Shown: positions 17,401 to 26,065, numbered from the stretch's first letter. The stretch: DNA of 64,000 nucleotides from an uncultured Candidatus Poseidoniales archaeon (GCA_964563355.1 CAZLVU010000006.1:18346-82345); one strand, 5' to 3'. Numbers and translations are program-made. The notes: generated from the sequence alone by a model not told the origin.

Positions 17401-20362
17401 ACTAACCGACAGACTGGGTAATCCGATCAACCCCACTTTCACATTCTCGATAGACGGGGAAACTGATACCTTCACTGTCTCTCAGATCATTTTGGAATCT
17501 GATGGGGATTGGACGGCGCAATTGAGGCTGGACCTCTCATTCCCTCGGGGCTCACATGGGATCAGCGTTGTCTTCACTCCCGAGGTCATCTACTACACCT
17601 CTGCGACCGACTTGGCTTCCTTCGATAGCAGGGGATACTCTCTACTCGCCATCGTCACACCCGCCGATTTGGATCCAGATAATAGAACTCAGAGGGGGGA
17701 GATGTTCGACGTTGGATTATCCCTGGTAGATAATTCTGGAAATCCTGTTTCGTCAGCTGCCCTCACCATAAATATTGACGGTTCTGTTGTTTGGGGGGGT
17801 TTGACCAACCCCAATGGCGAAGTAACTGCATCCATTTTGGCAGAGCCAGATAGGAGTCCGGGCCCTATGCTTGTCACCGCAAATTTTTCGGGGATTAATG
17901 GGAGTACTGGTTTACTGGGCGACGAGGCATGGACCCGCGTCGTCATTCTTGCACCAACTGAAATCGGAATCACCGAGGTGACATCCCCCTCCGTTGCCGG
18001 CCAAACAGTGACTTTCAGCGGGACCCTTCTGGACGAGAGGGGGAAAGTGCTCCATGAGGAGGGAGTGCCTCAGGGCGGCGTAATACACCTATTCATTGAT
18101 GGCATGGATGTCGGACCCCTCTACACCGCTATCTCAAATGCGACCAATGGTAATTGGTCGATAACCTATGACTTGCCTTCTGATATGGATTTCGGCTCAC
18201 ATCAGTTCACCGCATCCTTCCTGGGCGGATTCACGTGGGTCGATCCGATGGGCCAAGGAGATTCTCTGAATCCTGAGTACTTCCTGGGATCATCTAATTC
18301 AACTGGGTTCAATGTAACCCAGACATCACAGGTAATTATCTCCACTCCGCCCGGTGAAGTCGATCGTACTGAGACTCTGCACGTACAGGGTTTGCTTACT
18401 GACGGGGTCGGACGACCCCTGGGTGATAGGGGGATTGACGTACTAATCAACGGAGATCATCTTACTTGGCTGAGCGTCCTTTCGGATGGTACATTCAGTG
18501 CTTTCATTCCAATCTCACCCGATATGAGTCTTGGTCCCATGTTGATTGAATTCAACTACCCGGGAGAGCTATTCGTCCTGCCCTCTAATTCCACTGTTGT
18601 TTTCACCGTCTATGGTCCAGTTTACACGTTCATCGAAGATCTTCCCTCAGCGGCAGTAGGTGATACTCTGGTGATCAGGGGGCTCGCGAAGGATAATCTG
18701 GATCAAGGTTGGCTAGGCAATCACACGATCGAGGTTTTCTCGGATGGTATTTTGGTTGGGATCACTAGCACCGGAGATGATGGGCAATGGTCCCTCAATT
18801 GGGTCATCCCGGAAACGGTAGAAATCGGGAACCACACTTTGACCGCAATCGCACCTGCTCAAGGATTCCACAGGGAGGGTAGCTATGAGGTAACTTTCAC
18901 TGTGGCATATCATACTAGCATTAGTGTCGAAGTTGAGGACGCATCCGCTACTAGGGGGGGGCAATGGAATTTCTCCGGTAGGTTGTTCGAGGCAGATACC
19001 GGATATGACTTGGGATTGGATGAAAGGGAGCTTACAGTTCTCCTCGATGGTTCTCCAATCGGTCACATCACAACAGAGACTGGTGGATTATTTTCCTTTA
19101 GCCATGGCATTGGGTATTCGATTTCCAGAGGCATGCATAACGTCAGCTTCTCCTTTGCCGGGGAGCACTTGTTCCTGTCTACGGAGTCAAATGTGGACAC
19201 ATTGGCATTCTCAGAAATAGTGATTGAGGTCCAACCAGTGAATTCGAAAATTATCAGAGGGAATGTATCCCATGCAATCATGCTTCAAGGAGTGGTTAGG
19301 GAGCTAGGCGGCGACTCCAGCATATTTGAAAATCTCACAATCAGCCTATATTGGGGCGACACTAACCTTCCTATGAGCATAGGTCCTTGGAACAACCCCA
19401 ACACCCTGAACTTCCAAATTAAGGCGAAGGCCCAGGAGTTTCTTCCCCCTGGGAAGAATACCGTCACAATATTAGTCGAGCCCGACCAATCAAGGTTCCT
19501 AAACGGGGGTTCCAAGGACGTGGAAATCACAGTCCTGATAGAGGTCGACTTCACATTTTCGAGCATCGAACTTTCCGAAGGACAACGAGTCATCCGAGGG
19601 ACTGTGAATGCTACTGCCGTAGATACCGGCGAGCCCGTCGAGGGCCTTTCATTGACTGCAATTCTTCTTAATGGGACAACTTCCCACTTCTCTGTATCAA
19701 AGTTAACCAATGAGGACGGTGTTTTCGAGTACGAGTTCAAATCTCTATCACCCCTCCCTCCTCTCTCTGATACCTCTTCCTGGGGCAAACTCAGTATCAT
19801 GGTTGGATCTTCATCCGACTTGATCGATGCGAGAAGCCTAGCCAAGCTGCCCACCGGGGGAATTCTCGTTGCCTACGAAGATGAATCCTCATCATCGATC
19901 ATCAGTACTGCAGCCTATGGCTTGGCAGCCTCTCTCGTCGCTGCTATCGCTATAGCTCTGGGAATTGTAATTGCAAACCGCCGGAAGAAGGCAGCCATCA
20001 AGGAGCTCGCCGGGATCTTCAACCAAACAGCTGAGATGCTAGCTTCCGGGGATGAATTCAGGAAGGCAATTTTCGAGTGCTACGAGAGACTTTGCTCGGT
20101 TCTAATGCGTCGGGGTTTCCTACGGAGGAACTTCGAAACAGTCAGGGAATTTGAGGTCGCTATCAGGGATGCCATCCCAATCAGGGAGGAATCTCTGATG
20201 GCCCTTGATAGGATCTTCGAGGAAGCTAGGTATTCCAGCCACGTCTTAGGCGGATCGCACAGGGAGAATGCACAGCTCGCACTTTCGTCAGTACTGCAGG
20301 AGATTGAGGAGCTCGAGGATATTCCGAAGAGGAACATCCCCCTGCAAAACTCCGAAGATTAG
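11405..20362 (+). CDS. Giant surface protein, 2985 aa: N-terminal anchor, about 15 thrombospondin-type-3 Ca-binding repeats, transglutaminase-like core, long Ig-like/beta-sandwich arrays, C-terminal TM, cytoplasmic DUF4129-like tail
   Basis: DxDxDGxxDxxE repeats (DSDNDGLPDGWE, DTDGDGMPDGWE, DSDGDGIPDSIE and others). Transglutaminase core HEGSCDEFTTVFAVMLRLAGIPTRKVTGF...SRWVEVHL...GWIPFEA. TM segment AAYGLAASLVAAIAIALGIVIA followed by NRRKK. Tail FETVREFEVAIRDA...LDRIFEEARYSSH is DUF4129-like. Confidence 0.85.
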   Translation: MVALLFVIGDYEDFGNWRRKRSALAFTFFLVMAGQAAMQFGIWEAMASTDEDADGLTYGIEFMINTQPQDWDSDNDGLPDGWEWQYGLDPLSSLGDNGSTGDADSDALTNLNEYLFGIPSGWDEPSTSNVLDNGVWWNGTVPTRDWDEESAMQIIQGSGSDGFDEDPVGNICSDTFDNDHDGMVDLDDPDNDGDADCDSDDDDGDGLVDEDPNGWDTDGDGMPDGWEAANGLDPTSNSNQDGTYGDPDGDGLPNIYEYVNPAWGTRNGSTFPPTQYFRPGPINMTATESPCNPMLSLGPGGCQIFTAEVDGITQTDPQNNDTDGDGLNDSFEALVLLTDPTAPDTDSDGISDGVEFNGSYGFPEQGSNPRDNNTDGDWLDDGEEDLNGNGVVDEGETDPTRIDDDGDFDGDGLQNWEENMSCTFWNVSDSDGGGVNDGDEASFQALHLTDPCTSMVEMELIIVEWDLEESVLTLNSTLELNPNPVDWRQSGAPMAYYQSSDGFRTPFRFDSIFFDSLRGVDTPLPSNASMVVFTNGSWCYNGSAGAINDPFCDDDYFDTDGDGLADWEERLGTWGFISYIDLIDSDGDGVDDLSEIQNQTDPLEPCDNFLDTDEDGLNDFFEYSAGCPMQFGILGSNLTFDTWITLPDSADSDNGGVDDGQEYIDGTNPQNNPDDDLNPTDSDGDGIPDSIENETGTDWRDPDSDGGGIPDGEECAHEFWPGACVGSLLDPFDPLDDLMENSLMFSATNTTGGMDPSIIHYWRWHTYDSYTGVSWGVNTSLVGFTQIDPDGWSTTQGLTDQTYWNGTSPVSWEITFDIAGYIGPGQELIQPFNSQNFTSWADFSAGLNFSNYTRDVIVDGSTIEALYVTAPEVIFTSEVKDNSTAFTGSTYATDLPRWYLGQHSSLAENVTQSVLNQSGALSAWDKVLAIQDFLTNGNETISFLRNHNGSKMADGLGSDSDITHWILNSTHEGSCDEFTTVFAVMLRLAGIPTRKVTGFSGGSWDGKSFNVFGKDFSRWVEVHLQTNENQGELDLGWIPFEACPPMSLVQVIDETWGPSSILRNTSVSGEIWLEGRLNFVDNGTAVDNLSISLFLVSPEDAWDIPGRSASSSNLVASGITTENGTFNLTGLPPQVIRPGYGSLVIQTTEEEYVGVQGISFPWQINVTDDVAFSILEPPPIEQPMLGIGVNSTISGQLSWASEPFLDPTLVDSLEVVLNYSSQVDGEVNITSQVSSGGYYEFIVPIDELEPLGLINASISFLGWHSDDLNNATPPSYHARPNSLPLMLNITLSPNLSVNLESQGLNNSILEVDNQIFINGTVLSRGDSPTTLNGTLILEMRRSDIAGPYAQLNSWYLNNSSWLSPSGDFAISWGFDADEVPLPAGPVDVRFQFDADDLFANDQEQFSDEFGIRSYVEFNYTLHPEPRGVEARVDVFLTDHTGSSFASFDGLFNLDFDEESVWSETDPSTGRLAVSWTPELDMVAGDYSWILNYSGSTWLQSESVEDSVRIQGLANVTATLNSEWTPRGTTNWVSGLARDMSLNTAVIGNNSSVTINLEVDTNLPPLPNGFPAPPDIRTLATGWIDPITGGYNLSFQMPSGVTSGVYEMRLELDFTENPQPGGNYYTTVSDGTVISGGIQTEFVVSSEPSAVILVAGEELIVNSTVTDVEDSSTTIQDVDLDLYFDWGGPQQQLLDSTTTNSAGLGLFSPTIPSSVSPGFYEIRIHAPDDLNDSLSAPNAGRWLGNESLINLTVQVPSQISITSIPPQVTALQYFTIEGTVLDLADSNRTIQGPVGIDVFFLDEPDEILLHNHTTNSNGSFNVSVPTDTLGNGVQKGVRTVVVSIVDGSTPFYLTGTGDAPILVVGVPIFVDSTPFLNTVINRGESLTITTRLVEFSDNEDGLSGYTVMAKFHDTWLDSETTSGDGSVAFDFVIPDDHPLGLVNTTFFFNGSPDLHPTIQVLSVITVRSPAIMAIDPITDNPIAGDFFNVTGSLVSGNGSALTDRLGNPINPTFTFSIDGETDTFTVSQIILESDGDWTAQLRLDLSFPRGSHGISVVFTPEVIYYTSATDLASFDSRGYSLLAIVTPADLDPDNRTQRGEMFDVGLSLVDNSGNPVSSAALTINIDGSVVWGGLTNPNGEVTASILAEPDRSPGPMLVTANFSGINGSTGLLGDEAWTRVVILAPTEIGITEVTSPSVAGQTVTFSGTLLDERGKVLHEEGVPQGGVIHLFIDGMDVGPLYTAISNATNGNWSITYDLPSDMDFGSHQFTASFLGGFTWVDPMGQGDSLNPEYFLGSSNSTGFNVTQTSQVIISTPPGEVDRTETLHVQGLLTDGVGRPLGDRGIDVLINGDHLTWLSVLSDGTFSAFIPISPDMSLGPMLIEFNYPGELFVLPSNSTVVFTVYGPVYTFIEDLPSAAVGDTLVIRGLAKDNLDQGWLGNHTIEVFSDGILVGITSTGDDGQWSLNWVIPETVEIGNHTLTAIAPAQGFHREGSYEVTFTVAYHTSISVEVEDASATRGGQWNFSGRLFEADTGYDLGLDERELTVLLDGSPIGHITTETGGLFSFSHGIGYSISRGMHNVSFSFAGEHLFLSTESNVDTLAFSEIVIEVQPVNSKIIRGNVSHAIMLQGVVRELGGDSSIFENLTISLYWGDTNLPMSIGPWNNPNTLNFQIKAKAQEFLPPGKNTVTILVEPDQSRFLNGGSKDVEITVLIEVDFTFSSIELSEGQRVIRGTVNATAVDTGEPVEGLSLTAILLNGTTSHFSVSKLTNEDGVFEYEFKSLSPLPPLSDTSSWGKLSIMVGSSSDLIDARSLAKLPTGGILVAYEDESSSSIISTAAYGLAASLVAAIAIALGIVIANRRKKAAIKELAGIFNQTAEMLASGDEFRKAIFECYERLCSVLMRRGFLRRNFETVREFEVAIRDAIPIREESLMALDRIFEEARYSSHVLGGSHRENAQLALSSVLQEIEELEDIPKRNIPLQNSED
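11549..13550 (+). repeat. Array of thrombospondin-type-3-like Ca-binding repeats (protein level) within the 2985-aa gene
   Basis: The array runs from DEDADGLTYG to DPDSDGGGIPDGEE. It shows paired units of the form DxDxDG-x-PDGWE-x3-GLDP ... DxDxDxLxNxxEY. Confidence 0.75.
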
Positions 20363-20364
20363 AG

Positions 20365-20868
20365 TCACTCTGACGCAGTACTCATAGTGAGCATCTCGCC
20401 TTCCCAGAAAGCACTGACAACACTCCTCCCTTCTGGCAAACTGAACGTCCTGATGAGCCCTCCGAACCTCTCAGGGGCAATTATTCGAACAAGTTGCGCC
20501 CCCTCCTCAGAAGTTGCCTCTATAGTCACTTCTTCCCGAGAACTCACCCTAATGGGGACTCTTATATCTCCACCAGACCAGGCTCCACCAATCTCATCAA
20601 GGAATTCTCCAACTGTTACAGCCGACCTAGTTAGGTTCTTCGAGGTCTCGGCAGAACTCGAAACACCACCAACCAACTCCCCATGCTTAGTTTGGACCTC
20701 GGAGAGATGGGGAATCTCACTAAGGAATTGCTCATGCATCTTCTCTGCATCAATGTCCAAACCCATCCTTTCCGATCCAATCCCCAGCTCTTCTGAACCG
20801 AAAATAGGTGTGGAATCAATGTCTATCCTGGACCATCTCATGGGGTTCTGCATGCGAAGGACCTGCAT
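20365..20868 (-). CDS. Hypothetical protein, 167 aa, with a weak Hsp20/alpha-crystallin-like C-terminal region
   Basis: It lies 11 nt downstream of the XPD stop on the same strand. The segment VTIEATSEEGAQLVRIIAPERFGGLIRTFSLPEGRSVVSAFWEGEMLTM loosely follows the ACD pattern (R.f.LPe...A.y.nG.L.i). The opposite-strand ORF is S/P-rich antisense. Confidence 0.45.
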   Translation of the reverse strand: MQVLRMQNPMRWSRIDIDSTPIFGSEELGIGSERMGLDIDAEKMHEQFLSEIPHLSEVQTKHGELVGGVSSSAETSKNLTRSAVTVGEFLDEIGGAWSGGDIRVPIRVSSREEVTIEATSEEGAQLVRIIAPERFGGLIRTFSLPEGRSVVSAFWEGEMLTMSTASE

Positions 20869-20879
20869 GAACCCATTGC

Positions 20880-22892
20880 CTACGACATCTCGAAGAACCG
20901 CTCAACATGCTTGGCAGTCCTAGAAGGACTGGTGGTTTGCATAGTGTGCATTGTTTTAGGGATGCAATCCGCGATTTTTCGTTCCAGCAATCTCTTTTCT
21001 AGCAGCACTACTATAGCCTTGTCTTCCGCCTTTCTAATAGGTCTCCCGAGGGCTTGTAATACGCTGTTTACAGCCGGTTGAAGGCTAGAATACTTCCACG
21101 CCTTTGCCCTCCCGAATCTGGTTTTGTAGTACTCTAAAAGGGCATCTTGTCTAGCGCTCGGAGGAGCAAGAGGCAGTCCTACGCAGACTACTGTACTGAG
21201 GATGTTTTCTGAGTAATCTATGCCTTCTGACATCTTGCCGCTCAACACTCCGAAAAGCACAGTATCCCTACCCATGCCTCTCCTCTCATAAAGCCCTGAA
21301 ATTATCCTTTCAACAGATCTTTTTGACATTCCCCTTTCTTCTTTCTCAACATGTTTTCCAAAAACCCAACCAGTCGATTCATTGTAAATTCTCTCCAGCA
21401 TCGAGTAGCTGGGTGCGAAAATTGCCACATTTCCTTCCGCCTTTTCGATTACGTTTCGAATGTGCTCACAAATTGAGGCATAACTTTCTTCCCTCTCTGT
21501 GAATTTGCTCGTCACATCATTCGCAATTAGTACAGGCCTATTTTGCCTTGGGAATCCAGATTCATATTCTTTGCATCGAGCCATCTCTCCTGGGATTCCT
21601 AGGATTTCAGAGTACATTGTCGGGGGAAAAAGAGTCCCTGACATGAGGATGGAGCCTGCGCATCGCTCAAAAATCGGACCTCCTACTACTCCGGGGTCCA
21701 GAAGATGACTGGTGACTCTTTGAACTTCGTCGTTAATGCTGTCCAGAACCAGAGCCAGTACCGGACTTTTCCTGAATCTAATGCACACCTCAAGGATCTC
21801 AGCTAGTCTGATACAGTCATTTTGCTCTTCCTCATCGATAGAATCATCCTCTTCAATCACCACCGACATTAGCCTATTGTTCATTCTACTAATCCGGCTA
21901 ATGCTGTCACTTGATCCCCCATCTTCTATCGCTTCAATTGCTCCAGAAATCATATCAAGGAACTCCGTGGTATCCACTATGATATCTTCCTTTCTGGATT
22001 CGGAGATTTGAGTAGCCTTCTCTGAAAACCAATTCTTTATCCTAGTGTCATCCCTAAGCGCCTTAACCTGTGACTCCAATAGACTCGCACCCTCAATCAT
22101 CTCTGAGTCAAGCGAATCAGAATTTTCTGCCCCACTCTCCAAATTGCCTCTGTACTCGTGAATGTCATTTAACGCCCTTGAAAATACATCAGTAGTAATT
22201 CTTCTTTCCAAACCGTTCCTGATTCGATCTGGGAGATTATGAGCCTCATCAACAATAAGAATCGAGTTTTCCAGTTCAATTCCCATTGTAGGAAGTGAAC
22301 TGTCCCTGACTCGTTCAACGAACACGTGGTTGTAGTCACAAACAAGAATATCCGCGGTTCTAACAGCACTTCTCGCGGTATTCCATGCACATACCTTTCT
22401 CGCTTTGCTAGCGCTGATGATCTGTTCGACGTGCCTCGGCGAATCAAGTATGAATCTCTCCAAGTCTTTCCTTCTAGATTTCCTCGTTACCTCTGCCAAG
22501 TCTTTCTCACACGTGCACTCCCCGGTGGACCTGTCTACAACCTCGCACATGGCCTCCCTGCCAATTATGTCAACCAGCTTAATTTTGGGAATTCCCTTGG
22601 GTAGTTTTGCGTTGATCTGTCTGACGGTTTCGATAACTATCCTGTGCTGCGACTGCCTCCCAGTCATGAACAATATCTTCGGCATTTCTGGGCTGGTGAT
22701 GTTCGAGTTTGCCACCTCTAGTGCAGATGCTAGAGCAGCAGCGGTCTTGCCGATACCCGTAGGTGCTGCTGCAAGCAGGAATCCTCCTATCCGTAGTGCT
22801 GCAGTTCCGTCAGCAATCATTTCTATCTGCGATTCTCTGACTTTCTCGTGGGCGAAGAATTGACGAGTCCCAGCCGCGTTTCCTCCGCACAC
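20880..22892 (-). CDS. xpd: XPD/Rad3-type (DinG family) superfamily-2 DNA helicase
   Basis: Walker A APTGIGKTAAAL and DEAH box VDEAHNLPD. Cys residues (CEVVDRSTGECTCEKD...VCAW) sit where the XPD 4Fe-4S domain lies. C-terminal helicase motifs (SGTL, GIDY, QALGRPIR) are present. Confidence 0.88.
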   Translation of the reverse strand: MCGGNAAGTRQFFAHEKVRESQIEMIADGTAALRIGGFLLAAAPTGIGKTAAALASALEVANSNITSPEMPKILFMTGRQSQHRIVIETVRQINAKLPKGIPKIKLVDIIGREAMCEVVDRSTGECTCEKDLAEVTRKSRRKDLERFILDSPRHVEQIISASKARKVCAWNTARSAVRTADILVCDYNHVFVERVRDSSLPTMGIELENSILIVDEAHNLPDRIRNGLERRITTDVFSRALNDIHEYRGNLESGAENSDSLDSEMIEGASLLESQVKALRDDTRIKNWFSEKATQISESRKEDIIVDTTEFLDMISGAIEAIEDGGSSDSISRISRMNNRLMSVVIEEDDSIDEEEQNDCIRLAEILEVCIRFRKSPVLALVLDSINDEVQRVTSHLLDPGVVGGPIFERCAGSILMSGTLFPPTMYSEILGIPGEMARCKEYESGFPRQNRPVLIANDVTSKFTEREESYASICEHIRNVIEKAEGNVAIFAPSYSMLERIYNESTGWVFGKHVEKEERGMSKRSVERIISGLYERRGMGRDTVLFGVLSGKMSEGIDYSENILSTVVCVGLPLAPPSARQDALLEYYKTRFGRAKAWKYSSLQPAVNSVLQALGRPIRKAEDKAIVVLLEKRLLERKIADCIPKTMHTMQTTSPSRTAKHVERFFEMS

Positions 22893-22932
22893 AGGGTAAA
22901 GCCTGAAAATCGAACGACCAAGAAGATTGGCG

Positions 22933-25845
22933 TCATCTCACTACTATTGCCTCTGAGTCCCTGCTATCCAGAACCACCTTCAGGGGCTCAACAAGTCTGA
23001 CATGCCTCAATCCCATCTGATCGGTTGCCGCTACTTGAGAATCAAGCCATTCCCAATCTACTACGTCGCCTTCAAGGATTGTTAGGTATCCAATGTTGAA
23101 GGTTACAATATTTTGGAAGAAATGTGTTCCATGGGAGGGGTCGACGTGAATATCTGCCATTGGAACTTCGATGATTGTCTTGGCACCCCTGATCTGATTC
23201 CACTGGACTGGAACGCCGAGCGATGGGTCGGATGAGCCCCATCTCCCGGGACCGATTAAGATATAGGGCCTATCTTCGGACCTTAGCTCCGCATCGATTT
23301 CCTCAATTATCGGCAATAAATCGAAGGTCCGCATCCTGTTCATCCTACTTGGGTGGACATAAACAACATCCGCGATACCCTCGATAATTCCATTTCCCAG
23401 GGATTTGCTGCTGATGCAGACCGCCCTTTCTCTGTCCACATCGTTTAGATCAATGTCGATGTCCACAGAATCGTCCTTGAGAGGCCTAACCTGCAGAATC
23501 GCAAATTTTTGCGAGTCGGTCTCTTTATCTATTGATATTGCGAACTCTAGCTCGACAGGGGATGATAGGAATCTCTCACAGGTACTCAGAACATGATGAA
23601 GAATCTGGGGCAAGGGGAATTTATTGTGCTTCAGGATCGGTGCGAAAGTCACAAGCCGAGATCCTCCTTCAACCCTAATTGAATCGACAATCCTATCATC
23701 TGAAATTACGTACGTCGATCCAACCAAAGATAGTCTGCCATCTTCCTCTGCCGAAGACAGTCCGAGATGAAGAAGGTTCTTTTCTTCAGAGGGGTTGACT
23801 TCTCCCGATTCGCCCTTTATTGGAATTGCGAAGAATTGGCTCTGTGAAGTCTCAATTATCGATTCAGTGCTATGGAATTGATGGATTCTCTTGGGTTGCC
23901 CGGGACTGAATCTTAGGCATTTACCTCCAGATGAAACCTGCCTCCCCAGACCTATGCAAACAGCCGCCAGACCATCTTCCATCCTCAGAGGATCTATTGG
24001 GTAGTAGTTACGACTCCTTGCCGCGCCTGAAATATCCGGGTAGAAACGGCCTGAAACTTCTTTCCCTACCACTTCTTGAATCACAACTGCCATGCGCTCG
24101 TCTTCGATATTGTTCGCCGTTGCTGAAACATACGCTTTCGCACCTTTGTGGAATATCGATGCATAAACTAGTTTGATTGCCTGTAGCAGTCTTCGGAGCC
24201 TTACCTCGATGTCCGGATGGTCATTAGCCAGCATGTATGTGGCATAAACTCCGGCAAAGGGTTGGTGGCTAGAATCTTCAAGCAAGCTGGAAGATCTAAC
24301 GGCAACCGGCCATTCTGTGTTCAAAAGCATACTTCTAATTTCTTCAATCTCCTCATCACCAAACCTTCCATCAAGGAAAGCCCTGTTGACCTCCTCGTCA
24401 CTATAGTCCGTATATGCGAACTTAGAAAGATCATTCCTAGAGATATAGTCGCCGAAAACCCCCGTCGCGATAACAACTGAATTTGGAACTGCAAACTCTA
24501 CTTTCGGGAACGCATCACCCAGGCCAAGCTCTTCCATCCTTGTGTACAGGAATGCCAGACCTCGGCCCTTGCCACCTAGGCTTCCTCGCCCAATCCTCAG
24601 GAATCCAGAGTTTTCGGAACCAGACCCGTGATCCCTGATGGAACGTTTCCTAGCGTTTTCTATATGCCCCCTGATAGATTCTGAAACATATTTCCTGACT
24701 CCCTCGGAATCGTCGAAATCCTCCAAAGACATTGGCCTGATTGCCGCCGCAAGCGAGAATTCTGTCCGAGCTCTGAGCCAATGGGAGAACTCGTTTCTCG
24801 TCGCGTGGAACTCGATCGACTCGATGGACGCCTCGTCAACCTTCTTTGCGAACTCTTCTAGATTGGAAGCTCTACCAATTTCTTCACCCTTCTCTGTTCT
24901 GAAAATGAAGTCCCCGAAGTTCATCTCTTCTAACATGAAATCCTCAATTCTCTGGTATAGTAGGGGATCCTCCTTGTGCAAGAAAGGGATTCCCATTGCC
25001 TCTGCCTCATCTTTCAATTCTAGATTCCTCGACTGCAGAAGAATTGGGAGGTACCTGTGCCCACTCTGGGCATATTGAATCAGTTCCAATCCTGCGGTGT
25101 CCCTGTCACCGGATTGATTTGGAAACCTCCCATCTGTGAAAATTCCAATAATGTTCCTTGAGTACCTATCAATAATTTCCTTCGCCGAATCCATGTCCGA
25201 GGCAAGAAGGATTTTTGCTCTGGCTCTTAGTCTCAATAGCTTCTCGTGGAGGTTTCCTTCGTCACCGATCAACCTACTGGTTTGCCGGACTAGCTGAGTG
25301 TATAGCAGAGGGAGGTAAACCGAGTAGAACCTCCTGCTATCCTCGACTAGTAGGATAACTTGCACGTCTCCGTCCCTGACATCGTTTTCCACGTTCTTCT
25401 CGTCTTCGATAAGCTTGCAGATTGAAAGCAAAATCCTGCTATCCCCTCCCCAAACGAAAATCCTGTCAATCCCTCCACCTGTCTTCAGAGTTGCCAATTC
25501 CCTAGTGTTCTGACTGAGCATGACAACAGGAAGCGATTCGTTACTTTCTTTCACAAGCCCTGCAAATTCGTATGCATCCATCTTTCCGACATTGGACATA
25601 GTGATGACTAGTTCGAAACTTCTGTTCGATAACAGCTCCAATGCGTCATCAGCGTCAGGGCTGTGGATAATTCGTGGAGCTTGTGATAGGTTCAGAACTG
25701 AGTACTCCTCCTGCAGAATCTCAGCAAGATAGCCGGACTCCTCAAGTAGGTAACGATCGAACTGGCTAGCTACCAAAAGGACCTCTCTCACCCTGTAGGG
25801 CGTTAAACGCTCAAATCTGTTCCAGTCGGTGATACTCCCGTCCAT
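22933..25845 (-). CDS. Signalling enzyme, 970 aa: pseudo-receiver + receiver domains fused to a PEP/pyruvate-binding (PPDK_N-type ATP-grasp) domain and a GPGRWGS-type C-terminal domain
   Basis: REC-like 1 is VLLVASQFD...ELVITMSNVGKMDAYEF, with the phospho-acceptor position occupied by Met. REC 2 is VILLVEDSRR...IIGIFTDGRFP, with the Asp present. The ATP-grasp region has GRGSLGGKGRGLAFL. The C-terminus has ILIGPGRWGSSDPSLGVPVQW. No TSHAAI-type swivel-His motif was seen. Confidence 0.8.
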   Translation of the reverse strand: MDGSITDWNRFERLTPYRVREVLLVASQFDRYLLEESGYLAEILQEEYSVLNLSQAPRIIHSPDADDALELLSNRSFELVITMSNVGKMDAYEFAGLVKESNESLPVVMLSQNTRELATLKTGGGIDRIFVWGGDSRILLSICKLIEDEKNVENDVRDGDVQVILLVEDSRRFYSVYLPLLYTQLVRQTSRLIGDEGNLHEKLLRLRARAKILLASDMDSAKEIIDRYSRNIIGIFTDGRFPNQSGDRDTAGLELIQYAQSGHRYLPILLQSRNLELKDEAEAMGIPFLHKEDPLLYQRIEDFMLEEMNFGDFIFRTEKGEEIGRASNLEEFAKKVDEASIESIEFHATRNEFSHWLRARTEFSLAAAIRPMSLEDFDDSEGVRKYVSESIRGHIENARKRSIRDHGSGSENSGFLRIGRGSLGGKGRGLAFLYTRMEELGLGDAFPKVEFAVPNSVVIATGVFGDYISRNDLSKFAYTDYSDEEVNRAFLDGRFGDEEIEEIRSMLLNTEWPVAVRSSSLLEDSSHQPFAGVYATYMLANDHPDIEVRLRRLLQAIKLVYASIFHKGAKAYVSATANNIEDERMAVVIQEVVGKEVSGRFYPDISGAARSRNYYPIDPLRMEDGLAAVCIGLGRQVSSGGKCLRFSPGQPKRIHQFHSTESIIETSQSQFFAIPIKGESGEVNPSEEKNLLHLGLSSAEEDGRLSLVGSTYVISDDRIVDSIRVEGGSRLVTFAPILKHNKFPLPQILHHVLSTCERFLSSPVELEFAISIDKETDSQKFAILQVRPLKDDSVDIDIDLNDVDRERAVCISSKSLGNGIIEGIADVVYVHPSRMNRMRTFDLLPIIEEIDAELRSEDRPYILIGPGRWGSSDPSLGVPVQWNQIRGAKTIIEVPMADIHVDPSHGTHFFQNIVTFNIGYLTILEGDVVDWEWLDSQVAATDQMGLRHVRLVEPLKVVLDSRDSEAIVVR

Positions 25846-26065
25846 GCAATTGTGAGTCCGGTTAACGGCATCGCATTTCAGGGGAGCGGAGGGTTGCCCC
25901 GCACGATTGTGCGGGACGGTGTGTGTTGAAACTACGCCTAATCGGCTCTCCTAGGAAATCTAGGGGCTTGTGATGTTTCATAACCTACCGCATTGGAGAG
26001 GCGAGCTCTCGCCCTAATCCTCCTCAATCCGCTTCGGAACTCCTTAGCCCCAGATGATTTGTTTT

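Noticed and set aside
20387-20923. A 178-aa plus-strand ORF as an alternative to the minus-strand 167-aa gene.
   Set aside because: The plus-strand product is Ser/Pro/Thr-rich and lacks any start context. The minus-strand ORF follows xpd by 11 nt and has normal composition.
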